Shown here in pieces: positions 1-7,991 of a stretch of DNA of 12,667 nucleotides (the first letter of the stretch is position 1; each line of letters begins with the position of its first letter). The DNA is from Limnohabitans sp. Lineage in GTDB: Bacteria; Pseudomonadota; Gammaproteobacteria; Burkholderiales; Burkholderiaceae_C. Position numbers and translations under genes: made by a program. The notes below the pieces were generated by a model that ran no database searches, was not told the origin of the DNA, and was given only the letters and a program-made list of their open reading frames with translations. The DNA is taken from NCBI RefSeq assembly GCF_031539175.1, contig NZ_JAVKLQ010000039.1, positions 1 to 12,667 of the forward strand. The letters are read 5' to 3'.

Positions 1-1
1 A

Positions 2-130
2 ACCGTGACGGATGAGGAATTGACTATGATTGAAAACCGATTGAATCATCGCCCCAGAAAGCGACTAGGATTCAAGACACCTCACGAGGTATTCCATGCC
101 TCGTTAAAGCGTGTTGCACTTCGTCCTTGA
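2..130 (+). CDS. IS30-family DDE transposase, C-terminal fragment (5' partial)
   Basis: Frame 2 translates to TVTDEELTMIENRLNHRPRKRLGFKTPHEVFHASLKRVALRP*. The LN.RPRK.LGFKTP.EVF tail is typical of IS30-family transposases. Confidence 0.8.
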   Translation, partial: TVTDEELTMIENRLNHRPRKRLGFKTPHEVFHASLKRVALRP

Positions 131-137
131 ATCCGCC
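112..137. repeat. IS30-family right terminal inverted repeat (IRR)
   Basis: TGTTGCACTTCGTCCTTGAATCCGCC has a perfect 26-bp reverse-complement match at 12530-12555. Confidence 0.85.
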
Positions 138-149
138 TTCTCAAAACAT

Positions 150-1025
150 TCAAGCTTGGGTATGTTGCAAAGCCGCAATGCGCTCTTCCAGCGGTGGGTG
201 CGAAGCAAACAACTTGCCCAAACCACCGGTGATGCCCATCGCCGCCACGCTGGCAGGCAATGCGCCCGCTTGCATGCTGTTCAAGCGGGCCAAGGCGTTG
301 ATCATGGGTTGCTTGTTGCCCAAGAGCTTGGCAGAGCCTTCGTCAGCACGGAATTCGCGGTAGCGGCTGAACCAGGCCACGATCATGCTGGCCACAAAGC
401 CAAGCACGATGTCGAGCACAAAGCTGGTGATGTAGTAGCCCATGCCAGGACCAGTGGATTCGTCGTCTTTGCTGCGTAACATACCGTCCACAAAGTAGCC
501 GATGACGCGGCTCAAAAACACCACAAAGGTGTTGAGCACGCCTTGGATGAGCGTGAGCGTGACCATGTCGCCATTGGCCACGTGGGCAATCTCATGGCCC
601 AACACGGCTTCAATTTCCTCTTTGGTCATGCCTTGCAGCAAACCGGTGGACACAGCCACCAAGGCTGAGTTTTTGAATGCGCCGGTGGCAAACGCATTGG
701 GCTCGCCTTCGTAAATCGCCACTTCGGGCATGGTGATGCCAGCGCGCTCAGACAAGCGCTGAACTACGCTGACCAACCACGCTTCGTCTTGGTTGGCGGG
801 CTGGTTGATGACGTGCGCGCCCGTGCTCCACTTGGCCATGGGCTTGCTCATCAAAAGCGAAATGATGGCGCCACCAAAACCCATGATGAGCGAAAAGCCC
901 AGCAAGGCCGACAGGTTCAAACCGTTGGCGGTGAGGAAGCGGTTGACGCCGAGCAAACTGGCGACGACCCCCAGCACCACCATGACGGCGAGGTTGGTGA
1001 GGACGAACAGAAGAATGCGTTTCAT
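150..1025 (-). CDS. htpX: Zinc metalloprotease HtpX (peptidase M48, membrane heat-shock protease)
   Basis: The 291-aa ORF has N-terminal transmembrane segments, the HEIAH zinc motif ([12 protein letters not shown]) and a C-terminal SHPPLEERI. An AAGGAA Shine-Dalgarno sequence precedes the ATG at 1025. Confidence 0.95.
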   Translation of the reverse strand: MKRILLFVLTNLAVMVVLGVVASLLGVNRFLTANGLNLSALLGFSLIMGFGGAIISLLMSKPMAKWSTGAHVINQPANQDEAWLVSVVQRLSERAGITMPEVAIYEGEPNAFATGAFKNSALVAVSTGLLQGMTKEEIEAVLGHEIAHVANGDMVTLTLIQGVLNTFVVFLSRVIGYFVDGMLRSKDDESTGPGMGYYITSFVLDIVLGFVASMIVAWFSRYREFRADEGSAKLLGNKQPMINALARLNSMQAGALPASVAAMGITGGLGKLFASHPPLEERIAALQHTQA

Positions 1026-1071
1026 GGTTTCCTTTTCAGCGGTGAATACAAAGGACCGCAGGCATTGAATG

Positions 1072-1096
1072 GTAGGGGCGAACGCTCGAAATTCAA
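1072..1096 (-). promoter_or_regulatory. Possible sigma-32 (heat-shock) type promoter for htpX
   Basis: The minus strand reads TTGAAT-12 nt-CCCCTACC, compared with the consensus TTGAAA-N13-15-CCCCATNT. It lies about 47 nt upstream of the htpX ATG. The spacer is one nt short of the usual range. Confidence 0.25.
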
Positions 1097-1155
1097 TACA
1101 AGAGCGTCAAAAATCCACACAAAAACTAGGCAAAGTCAGGCGCATTTTTGGCACT

Positions 1156-1992
1156 TTATGTCGCGGTCGTCTGGGAGGTTTTTGCAACCACTTCGCGCTT
1201 GGGACGAAAGACATTCACATCTTCGTAATAGGCACGCTCAGCGTTGTCAGGCCACCAGTTGGGCACGCCCAAAATGGGCAAGGGCTCGTAGGGTTTGGTG
1301 GCGAGCTTGGCGGGCTGCAGGTCTTGCACCAGCCACGCGTCCAGTGCGGCTTCGTCGTGCGGATTGACAGCATTCGCCACGTGATACACATGCGCCGTGA
1401 TCGATTTGTACGGCGTGACGAGCTTCTCCAACAAGGCATGGCCAAACAGCACGAGGTGCACGTGTTGCCACTGCTCCCGCAAGTCCACAAAGAGCTTGAG
1501 CCAGTCGCGTGCCTGCAAGGCCGCCCACACCGCATCGGGTGCATGCATGAGGATCACGTTTTCATCGAACAGCGTGAGCGCATCGCGTACAGGACCGCGT
1601 GTGTGGCGAATGCCTTGGGCGTCAATCTCTGCCGCTTGCAGTTGATTCAGGCGACGTTTCGCCAGCGGAAAGCGGTGCCAACACAGGCCGTTGAAGAAGT
1701 CGTGCAGCCCATCACGCGTGGGCACTTGGGCGGTTTTGAAAATGAAGTCTTCGTAGGCGCGGCCTTCGGGCAGCGCTGACTGGGGGACAAACTTGACGTC
1801 GCTGACACCACCGAGTGCGAGGCCAGCACGGGTCGTGTTCAGTGCTTCGGCCACGTTCTCATGTTGTAGCGCTCGGTGTGCCGTGGGCTCACCGAGTTCA
1901 CGCCATGGTGCAAACCACGGTTGGGCCCAATCAATCTCAGCTAAAACAGCGCCTGCAAAGCCTTCAGTCTTGGGGCTTAAATCACGCGCCAA
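1156..1992 (-). CDS. Conserved hypothetical protein. From memory it resembles the DUF3025 family often found next to pyrC (unverified).
   Basis: The 278-aa ORF has ordinary composition. Its TTG start at 1992 overlaps the pyrC stop by 16 nt. Motifs [10 protein letters not shown] and GVPNWWPDN are present. No catalytic signature was recognised. Confidence 0.75.
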   Translation of the reverse strand: MARDLSPKTEGFAGAVLAEIDWAQPWFAPWRELGEPTAHRALQHENVAEALNTTRAGLALGGVSDVKFVPQSALPEGRAYEDFIFKTAQVPTRDGLHDFFNGLCWHRFPLAKRRLNQLQAAEIDAQGIRHTRGPVRDALTLFDENVILMHAPDAVWAALQARDWLKLFVDLREQWQHVHLVLFGHALLEKLVTPYKSITAHVYHVANAVNPHDEAALDAWLVQDLQPAKLATKPYEPLPILGVPNWWPDNAERAYYEDVNVFRPKREVVAKTSQTTAT

Positions 1993-3008
1993 GGCAAGGC
2001 CTCGCCAGAACGCAAGGGCTTCAAATCGGCTTCACCAAACGCAAAGCTCTCGGGCGGTGTCCAGCTTTCTTTGCGCAGGGTGAGCGTACCCGTGTTGCGT
2101 GGCAAACCATAGAAATCTGCACCGTGAAAACTGGCGAAACCTTCGAGTTTGTCGAGCGCGCCCGCGTTGTCAAACGCTTCGGCATACATGGGCATGGCCG
2201 CGTGCGCGGTGTAGCAACCGGCACAACCCGTGGCGTGCTCTTTGAGGTGCGCAGGGTGTGGCGCACTGTCTGTGCCCAAAAAGAACTTGGCCGAGCCACT
2301 GGTGGCCGCTTTGACCAAGGCTTGGCGGTGTGTCTCGCGTTTCAACACGGGCAAGCAGTAGTAATGCGGGCGAATGCCCCCCGTGAAGATGGCGTTGCGG
2401 TTGTAGAGCAAGTGGTGCGCGGTGACGGTCGCGCCTGTGTACGGGTCGCTCTCGGCCACGTATTGGGCGGCTTCAGCGGTGGTGATGTGCTCGAACACAA
2501 TTTTGAGTTCAGGGAAATCTTTGCGCAGCGGAATCAGCTGTGTGTCGATGAACACGGCTTCACGGTCAAACAAGTCGATGTCACTGCTGGTGACTTCACC
2601 ATGCACCAACAACAACATACCCGCCTTTTGCATGGCTTCGAGTGTTTTGTAGGTCTTGCGCAAGTCGGTCACGCCGGCGTCGCTGTTGGTGGTGGCACCG
2701 GCTGGGTAAAGCTTGGCGGCGACCACGCCTGCGTCTTTGGCACGCGCAATTTCGTCGGCGGGCAGGTTGTCGGTGAGGTAGAGCGTCATCAAAGGCTCGA
2801 AGCTCATACCCTTCGGAACAGCGGCCAAGATGCGTTGCTTGTACGCAAGCGCTTGCGCCGCCGTGGTGACGGGTGGCTTGAGGTTGGGCATGATGATGGC
2901 GCGGCCAAATTCTGCGGCGGTGTGTGGCACCACGGTGTTGAGTGCAGCGCCATCGCGCACGTGCAGGTGCCAGTCGTCGGGTCTTGTGATGGTGATTTGT
3001 TGCGTCAT
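1977..3008 (-). CDS. pyrC: Dihydroorotase, homodimeric type (pyrimidine biosynthesis)
   Basis: The 343-aa ORF has the N-terminus [45 protein letters not shown], nearly collinear with E. coli PyrC ([12 protein letters not shown]...IVMPNL.PPVTT). It has the HxH metal motif and an [10 protein letters not shown] block. Confidence 0.95.
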   Translation of the reverse strand: MTQQITITRPDDWHLHVRDGAALNTVVPHTAAEFGRAIIMPNLKPPVTTAAQALAYKQRILAAVPKGMSFEPLMTLYLTDNLPADEIARAKDAGVVAAKLYPAGATTNSDAGVTDLRKTYKTLEAMQKAGMLLLVHGEVTSSDIDLFDREAVFIDTQLIPLRKDFPELKIVFEHITTAEAAQYVAESDPYTGATVTAHHLLYNRNAIFTGGIRPHYYCLPVLKRETHRQALVKAATSGSAKFFLGTDSAPHPAHLKEHATGCAGCYTAHAAMPMYAEAFDNAGALDKLEGFASFHGADFYGLPRNTGTLTLRKESWTPPESFAFGEADLKPLRSGEALPWRVI

Positions 3009-3040
3009 GGTGATGATTGTCTTCTGTTTTTCTGAGCTCG

Positions 3041-3117
3041 CTGTGGGTAGAGCCCTTGGGCCGGTTCCTCATGAGGGGTACCTAAAATCGTCACCTGCCC
3101 AAGATCTCTACCCACAG
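3041..3117 (-). repeat. Long imperfect palindrome in the pyrC 5' leader or promoter region
   Basis: The arms 3041-3061 (CTGTGGGTAGAGCCCTTGGGC) and 3097-3117 (GCCCAAGATCTCTACCCACAG) pair at 19 of 21 positions. The 35-nt loop contains the 10-bp palindrome CCTCATGAGG. The structure ends 33 nt upstream of the pyrC ATG. Confidence 0.5.
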
Positions 3118-3226
3118 ACTGCGGCAGGCAAAAATTCAGTGAAGACGGTTGGTGAAGCAACGTTGCAGCCATAACGATTACCAGCTCACGCAAACATGCT
3201 CGACCGAGATACCCCAAACTTAATCA

Positions 3227-3303
3227 GTTGCGCGGCTTGGGTGCGGCGGCTGACGATTTGATGTACCCATTATGAGGAAGCCGCCGGACCCAAGCCGCGC
3301 AAC
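3227..3303 (-). terminator. GC-rich 24-bp-stem hairpin downstream of gltL (possible operon terminator or REP-like element)
   Basis: The arms 3227-3250 and 3280-3303 pair at 23 of 24 positions, with a 29-nt loop. The hairpin lies about 70 nt downstream of the gltL stop on the minus strand. No canonical U-tract follows it. Confidence 0.4.
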
Positions 3304-3371
3304 CCTCTACGGCCGAAACCTTCACGAGCACACAACAGCCCAATTAATTAGGATCTGACCCCAATTGAAAT

Positions 3372-4109
3372 TCAGTGCGCCAAAATCTTGTTCAAGAACT
3401 CTTTGGTGCGTGGCTGGCGGTTTTCGGGGTGGTTGAAGAACTCGTCTTTCGAGCAATCTTCCAAGACCTTGCCGCCGACGTCCATGAAGATCACGCGGCT
3501 GCCGACTTTGCGGGCGAAGCCCATTTCGTGGGTCACGCACATCATGGTCATGCCTTCGTTGGCTAAGTCCACCATCACATCCAACACTTCGCCCACCATC
3601 TCGGGGTCGAGTGCGGAGGTCGGCTCGTCAAACAGCATCACGATGGGGTCCATGCTCAAGGCACGGGCAATCGCCACGCGCTGTTGCTGGCCACCAGAGA
3701 GCTGACCGGGGAATTTGTCTTTGTGGGCCATCAGGCCCACGCGCTCCAAGTATTTCAAGCCATGTGCGCGGGCTTCTTCTTCGCTGCGGCCCAAGACTTT
3801 TTGTTGCGCGATGGTCAGGTTTTCGGTCACCGACAAATGTGGGAACAGCTCAAAGTGCTGAAACACCATGCCCACACGGCTACGCAGTTTGGGCAAGTCG
3901 GTGTCTTTGCCGTGAACGGCAATGCCGTCTACAAAAATCTCACCTTGTTGGAAGGGCTCCAAGGCGTTGATGGTTTTGATGAGGGTGGATTTGCCCGAGC
4001 CCGAGGGACCGCAGACCACCACCACTTCGCCCTTTTGGATGTTGGTAGAACAGTTGTTCAGCACCTGCACAGGGCCGTACCACTTGGAAACATTTTTTAA
4101 TTCAATCAC
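3372..4109 (-). CDS. gltL: Glutamate/aspartate ABC transporter ATP-binding protein
   Basis: The protein has Walker [10 protein letters not shown], signature [15 protein letters not shown] and Walker [13 protein letters not shown] chose the GTG start at 4109 ([12 protein letters not shown]) because GGAG lies 6 nt upstream and it sits just after the gltK stop. The longer 271-aa ORF from 4187 would overlap gltK. Confidence 0.9.
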   Translation of the reverse strand: MIELKNVSKWYGPVQVLNNCSTNIQKGEVVVVCGPSGSGKSTLIKTINALEPFQQGEIFVDGIAVHGKDTDLPKLRSRVGMVFQHFELFPHLSVTENLTIAQQKVLGRSEEEARAHGLKYLERVGLMAHKDKFPGQLSGGQQQRVAIARALSMDPIVMLFDEPTSALDPEMVGEVLDVMVDLANEGMTMMCVTHEMGFARKVGSRVIFMDVGGKVLEDCSKDEFFNHPENRQPRTKEFLNKILAH

Positions 4110-4126
4110 AGCAAACTCCAATGCTC

Positions 4127-4795
4127 TCAGCGAATGATGGCAATGCGCGCTTGCAAGCGACGCACGAGGGCCGAGAGGCCAAAACAAATCACGAAATACG
4201 CCAAGGCGGCCAAGATGTAGACCTCTTCCACGCGGCCATAAATCTTGCCTGCCGTCACAAAGCCCTTGAGCAAGTCGTACGCACCAATGGCATAGACCAG
4301 CGAGGTGTCTTGGAACAAGATGATGGTTTGCGTCAGCAACACAGGGATCATGTTGCGAAAGGCTTGGGGCAACACAATGAGGCGCATGTTTTGACCGTAG
4401 GTCATGCCCAAGGCTTGACCCGCCATCACTTGACCACGCGGGATGGACTGAATGCCGGCACGCATGATCTCGCTGAAATACGCGGCCTCAAAAGCCACGA
4501 ACGTGATGGTGGCAGACAGCTCCGCGCCGATGGAGCGGCCAATCAAAAACGGGATCAGCAAGAAGAACCACAGAATCACCATCACCAAAGGGATGGAGCG
4601 CATGCCGTTCACATAGACAACGGCCGGCAGCTCTAGCACTTTGCGTCCCGACAAGCGCATGAGCGCCAAGAGGGTGCCAAACACGATGCCACCGATCGTG
4701 GCCACGAGGGTCAGCTGCACACTGAACAACATGCCCTTCAAGACAAACTTGCTGAAGATGTCCCAATCGACAAAAGAAAAATCGAGTGCGCTCAT
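4127..4795 (-). CDS. gltK: Glutamate/aspartate ABC transporter permease
   Basis: The 222-aa polytopic membrane protein carries the EAA-type loop ([27 protein letters not shown]) and is collinear with E. coli GltK. Confidence 0.9.
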   Translation of the reverse strand: MSALDFSFVDWDIFSKFVLKGMLFSVQLTLVATIGGIVFGTLLALMRLSGRKVLELPAVVYVNGMRSIPLVMVILWFFLLIPFLIGRSIGAELSATITFVAFEAAYFSEIMRAGIQSIPRGQVMAGQALGMTYGQNMRLIVLPQAFRNMIPVLLTQTIILFQDTSLVYAIGAYDLLKGFVTAGKIYGRVEEVYILAALAYFVICFGLSALVRRLQARIAIIR

Positions 4796-4797
4796 GG

Positions 4798-5532
4798 TCA
4801 GTGCCCCCCGCCGACATTGCCCGCGACCACCAGGCCAGGGATTTGCATGCGGCGTTCGACCAGGGCCATCACACGGTTCACAGCAAAGGCAGACACGGTG
4901 TACAGCGCCGTGACGGCCAAGTAGACCTCAATGCCGCGTGAGGTTTCTTCTTGCACTTGCATGGCATACATGGTGAGTTCGGCAATCGACACGGCAAAGG
5001 CCACCGATGAGTTTTTGAGCAAGTTCATTGACTCGCTGGTGAGTGGCGGCCAAATGGTGCGAAACGCGATGGGCAGCAACACATAGCGGTAGGTTTGCCA
5101 CGTGGTAAAGCCCATGGCCATGGCCGCATAACGCTGGCCGCGCGGCATGGCTTGAATACCAGCGCGCAGCATTTCGGCCACGCGTGAGGAAGTGAAAAAG
5201 CCTAGGCCCAACACCACCAACACAAACCCAGGCACTTGCTGCATGGCCGGAAAGACCTTGGGCAGCACGAAGTACCAAAGAAAAATTTGGACCAACACGG
5301 GAATGTTGCGAAACAGCTCCACCCACACGTTGGCAAATCGGGTCAGCCACACGTTCAAACGCGTGTCTTGTGGCAAGGTGCGCAAGATGCCAATCAGGCA
5401 CCCTGACACCATGGCCACGACCCAGGCACTGCCTGCGACTGAAAGCGTCCAGCCCCAGGCCTCAAACATCCACTCGAGGTAGGTTCGTCCCCCGCCGTCG
5501 TCTTCAAGAAAAACCTGCCAATCGAGTGTCAT
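4798..5532 (-). CDS. gltJ: Glutamate/aspartate ABC transporter permease
   Basis: The 244-aa membrane protein carries an EAA loop (RVAEMLRAGIQAMPRGQRYAAMAMGFT). Its stop lies 2 nt before the gltK ATG. Confidence 0.9.
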   Translation of the reverse strand: MTLDWQVFLEDDGGGRTYLEWMFEAWGWTLSVAGSAWVVAMVSGCLIGILRTLPQDTRLNVWLTRFANVWVELFRNIPVLVQIFLWYFVLPKVFPAMQQVPGFVLVVLGLGFFTSSRVAEMLRAGIQAMPRGQRYAAMAMGFTTWQTYRYVLLPIAFRTIWPPLTSESMNLLKNSSVAFAVSIAELTMYAMQVQEETSRGIEVYLAVTALYTVSAFAVNRVMALVERRMQIPGLVVAGNVGGGH

Positions 5533-5551
5533 GCGTGTTGCCTTATTTCAA

Positions 5552-6451
5552 TTACTTTTTGGCGTAGGTTTCGACAGGCTTGTCGTTCAAGTTCGTCCAA
5601 GCGGCCTTGTTGGCATCGCTGGCAGGCATGCCGAGCTTGATGTTCTTGGGAGGAATGGCTTGGACGAACCACTTGTCGTACAGCTTGGCGAGCTCGCCTG
5701 ACTTGGCCAAACCAGCAATGGTTTCGTCAGCCAACTTCTTGAACGCTGGATCGTCCTTGCGGAACATGATGGCGATAGGCTCCACGTTCAACACTTCGCC
5801 CACTTGTTTGAATTCTGTGGGGTTCTTTGAGTTGGCGATGTTGCCAGCCAAGATTTGGCCATCCATCACGAACGCATCAGCGCGGCCTGATTCGAGCAAC
5901 AAGAAACTGTCTGCGTGGTCTTTGCCGAACACTTCTTTGAAGTCAACGCCCGTTGCGCGCTCGTTCTTGCGCAACAGCTGCACAGAGGTCGTGCCTGTGG
6001 TGGTGGCCACGTTCTTGCCGTTCAACTGCGCGATAGAGGTGATGCCCGAATTGGCGCGCACGGCAATGCGCACTTCTTCCACGTAGGTGGTGTAGGCGAA
6101 AGCCACTTGCTTTTGACGGGCTTCGTTGTTGGTGGTGGAGCCGCACTCGATGTCGACCGTGCCGTTTTCCACCAAAGGAATGCGGTTTTGAGACGTCACA
6201 GGCGTGTATTTCACGTCCAGCTTTTTGCCCGCAGCCTTTTCAACGTTGGCAATGATGCGCTGGCAGATCTCAACGTGGTAGCCCACATACTTGCCGTCAC
6301 CCAAGGTGTAAGACAAAGCGCCTGAAGAGTCGCGCACACCCATGGTGATGCTGCCTGCGGCTTTGACTTTGGCGAGAGTGTCGTTGGCTTGCGCAAAGGC
6401 GGTGCCAGCCAACAGGGTGGCTACGGCCAAGGTAACGAACTGCTTTTTCAT
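5552..6451 (-). CDS. gltI: Glutamate/aspartate periplasmic substrate-binding protein
   Basis: I chose the start at the internal ATG 6451 (MKKQFVTLAVATLLAGTAFA signal peptide, GGAG 7 nt upstream). The block TSQNRIPLVENGTVDIECGSTTNNEARQKQVAF matches E. coli GltI (TSQNRIPLLQNGTFDFECGSTTNNVERQKQAAF). Confidence 0.92.
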   Translation of the reverse strand: MKKQFVTLAVATLLAGTAFAQANDTLAKVKAAGSITMGVRDSSGALSYTLGDGKYVGYHVEICQRIIANVEKAAGKKLDVKYTPVTSQNRIPLVENGTVDIECGSTTNNEARQKQVAFAYTTYVEEVRIAVRANSGITSIAQLNGKNVATTTGTTSVQLLRKNERATGVDFKEVFGKDHADSFLLLESGRADAFVMDGQILAGNIANSKNPTEFKQVGEVLNVEPIAIMFRKDDPAFKKLADETIAGLAKSGELAKLYDKWFVQAIPPKNIKLGMPASDANKAAWTNLNDKPVETYAKK

Positions 6452-6528
6452 GAGTGCTCCAAATGGAATTGAGTGAAAGTGTGTGCTGCATTCTAGAGAA
6501 GGCATGCAAAGGGAAATCCCTGAATGAG

Positions 6529-6562
6529 AAAACCCCACCACTCTTGCGAGTGATGGGGTTTT
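6529..6562 (-). terminator. Rho-independent terminator of the porin gene
   Basis: A 15-bp stem (6529-6543 with 6548-6562) has a 4-nt loop. The single mismatch is a G-U wobble only on the minus-strand RNA. On that strand UUUUCU follows the stem, about 40 nt after the porin stop. Confidence 0.75.
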
Positions 6563-6602
6563 AGACTTTTTAAATCCTTAACTGGCTAAGCCAGTTTGGG
6601 GA

Positions 6603-7670
6603 TTAGAAGCCGACGCGAACGCCCAAAGCTGTACGTGTACGCTTTGTGTCTGTACCGTCGATAGTCGCAGCAGCAGCGATCACGCCAGCCTTGTCGTCGA
6701 TCGACTCGTAGCGGGCGTACAGAGCAGTTGTTTTGCTCAAGTTGTAATCAGCGCCGAGGCCGATGATGTCAGACTTTTTGCCGTTGTTTGTAGCAGCATT
6801 GATCTTCAAACCACCGACGTTAGCCATCAACACGGTTTGACCCATGGTGTATGTAGCAGCCAAGGATGTGTAACCAGTGTCAACTGAGCCGTCAGACTTC
6901 TTGTTGGTTTGGTTCAAGAACATGAACTTAGCAGCGCCCATGGTGTAAGCAGCAGCCAAAGTGTTCACTTTCTGGTCGGTTGTGCCAGTAGCAACGCCGA
7001 CTGAATCAAACTTGGCAGTGTTGAAGTTAGCAGCCAATGGGCCGTTGGTGTATGTCACGCCAATTTCTTGCACGCCTTGCTTGTCGTAAGCGCCCAAAGA
7101 AGTGCTGAAGCTGGTTTGTTGCACGGTTGTGCTGTCAACTGCTTTGGTTTGCTTGTTGGACTTCAAGAAAGTACCAGTGAAGCCTGAGATGGTTGGTGTG
7201 TTGTAGCGGAAAGATTGGTCTTCACGCACAGCAGAACCGGCAGCGTTCACGCGGATCACGGAACCGTAACCACCACCGATGGCTGTACCGAAAGGTTGGC
7301 CCAAAGCGATAGCGTTCAAACCGTTTTGGTTGATGGCACCGAAGTCCACCGAGCCGAAGGCACCAGACAAACCAACGCGCAGTTCGCCGTTACCGAATGT
7401 AGAACCGTTGTTCAATGTGCCGTCATTAGCAGCAGCGTACGAACCGCCAGTAGCCAAGGCCAAAGGAGTGCTTTTCGCGCCTTGGTTGGCGTTGTTAGAC
7501 ACCAGGCTCCAATCTGTTTCGATACGGAAGTTGGCTTTCAAGCCGCCGCCGAGGTCTTCAGTACCGCGGATGTTCAGCTGAGAGGTGCTAGAGCCGTTAC
7601 CTTGGAAGCCAGTAACAGAATTGCCTTTGTAGTTGATGGCTTGGTAGCCAGCGTCAGCAATACCGTCCAA
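6603..7670 (-). CDS. Gram-negative trimeric porin (Omp32/OmpC-like), apparently 5'-truncated. The frame stays open to 7730 but holds no usable start codon.
   Basis: The protein has a C-terminal ALGVRVGF beta-signal and a TEDLGGGLKA porin motif. Upstream of the TTG at 7670 the frame reads TLVAIAALAAFGAQA|QSSVQL, the h- and c-regions of a signal peptide. A TAA at 7731-7733 precedes it directly. Confidence 0.85.
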   Translation of the reverse strand: MDGIADAGYQAINYKGNSVTGFQGNGSSTSQLNIRGTEDLGGGLKANFRIETDWSLVSNNANQGAKSTPLALATGGSYAAANDGTLNNGSTFGNGELRVGLSGAFGSVDFGAINQNGLNAIALGQPFGTAIGGGYGSVIRVNAAGSAVREDQSFRYNTPTISGFTGTFLKSNKQTKAVDSTTVQQTSFSTSLGAYDKQGVQEIGVTYTNGPLAANFNTAKFDSVGVATGTTDQKVNTLAAAYTMGAAKFMFLNQTNKKSDGSVDTGYTSLAATYTMGQTVLMANVGGLKINAATNNGKKSDIIGLGADYNLSKTTALYARYESIDDKAGVIAAAATIDGTDTKRTRTALGVRVGF

Positions 7671-7899
7671 CTGAACAGAAGATTGAGCTTGTGCGCCGAA
7701 TGCGGCGAGTGCTGCGATAGCAACGAGGGTTTAATTTTGATCGAAGGTGCTTGAAGGTATCGACAGTGTGCGTTGACTCTGCTTTGATATTTCCAGCACC
7801 GTTGTGTTGCAAGTTGTACGGACTGTGATTTACAACTTTGCTCGCATCAAAACAACATTCACATGTCTGTTTTACACGTTGGCAAGATTGGCAAAGACA

Positions 7900-7915
7900 T
7901 GGCAGGAACACTGCA
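7900..7915 (+). promoter_or_regulatory. Sigma-54-like -24/-12 element upstream of the integrase gene
   Basis: TGGCAG-gaaca-CTGCA compares with the consensus TGGCAC-N5-TTGCA, and the GG-to-GC spacing is correct. It lies 77 nt upstream of the ATG at 7992. Confidence 0.25.
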
Positions 7916-7991
7916 CAAATGCAACCGCATGGTTTGCTGGCGCTGTGAAACGTAGGTCGCAATTTGCGGTGTACAACATTACGCTTGAGCG

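Larger units (their letters stand above)
1..137 (+). mobile_element. IS30-family insertion sequence, 3' end (partial, continues left of the window)
   Basis: The transposase C-terminus reads to a stop at 128-130. The terminal 26 bp (112-137) are the exact reverse complement of 12530-12555. Confidence 0.8.

Noticed and set aside
3188-3203. A PurR-box-like half site, ACGCAAAC, upstream of pyrC.
   Set aside because: Only the left half matches. The right half (ATGCTCGA) does not match GTTTGCGT. PurR-type control is an enterobacterial feature and is not expected in this lineage.
3372-4187. The 271-aa version of the ABC ATPase starting at ATG 4187.
   Set aside because: The extension ([26 protein letters not shown]) overlaps the 3' end of gltK and has no homology value. 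A GTG at 4109 with a GGAG Shine-Dalgarno sequence gives the canonical MIELKNV... N-terminus.
6505-6520. A weak sigma-54-like element upstream of gltI (minus strand GGGATT-tccct-TTGCA).
   Set aside because: The -12 element is good, but the -24 element retains only the GG dinucleotide. That is too weak to call without a matrix score or experimental data.
5552-6541. The 329-aa version of the binding protein starting at 6541.
   Set aside because: The internal ATG at 6451 has a GGAG Shine-Dalgarno sequence and starts a canonical signal peptide (MKKQFVTLAVATLLAGTAFA). The 30-residue extension is not protein-like.
111-7754. Many long ORFs antisense to or overlapping the housekeeping genes. Examples are 1815-3035 (+, 406 aa), 789-1367 (+), 1069-1779 (+), 3684-4100 (+), 4121-4636 (+), 5580-6086 (+), 5915-6325 (+), 7215-7754 (+), 2596-3072 (-) and 4928-5401 (-).
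   Set aside because: These are shadow ORFs typical of GC-rich DNA. Their translations are Arg/Gly/His/Val-rich and low-complexity, and each lies opposite or out of frame with a gene that has a clear family identity.
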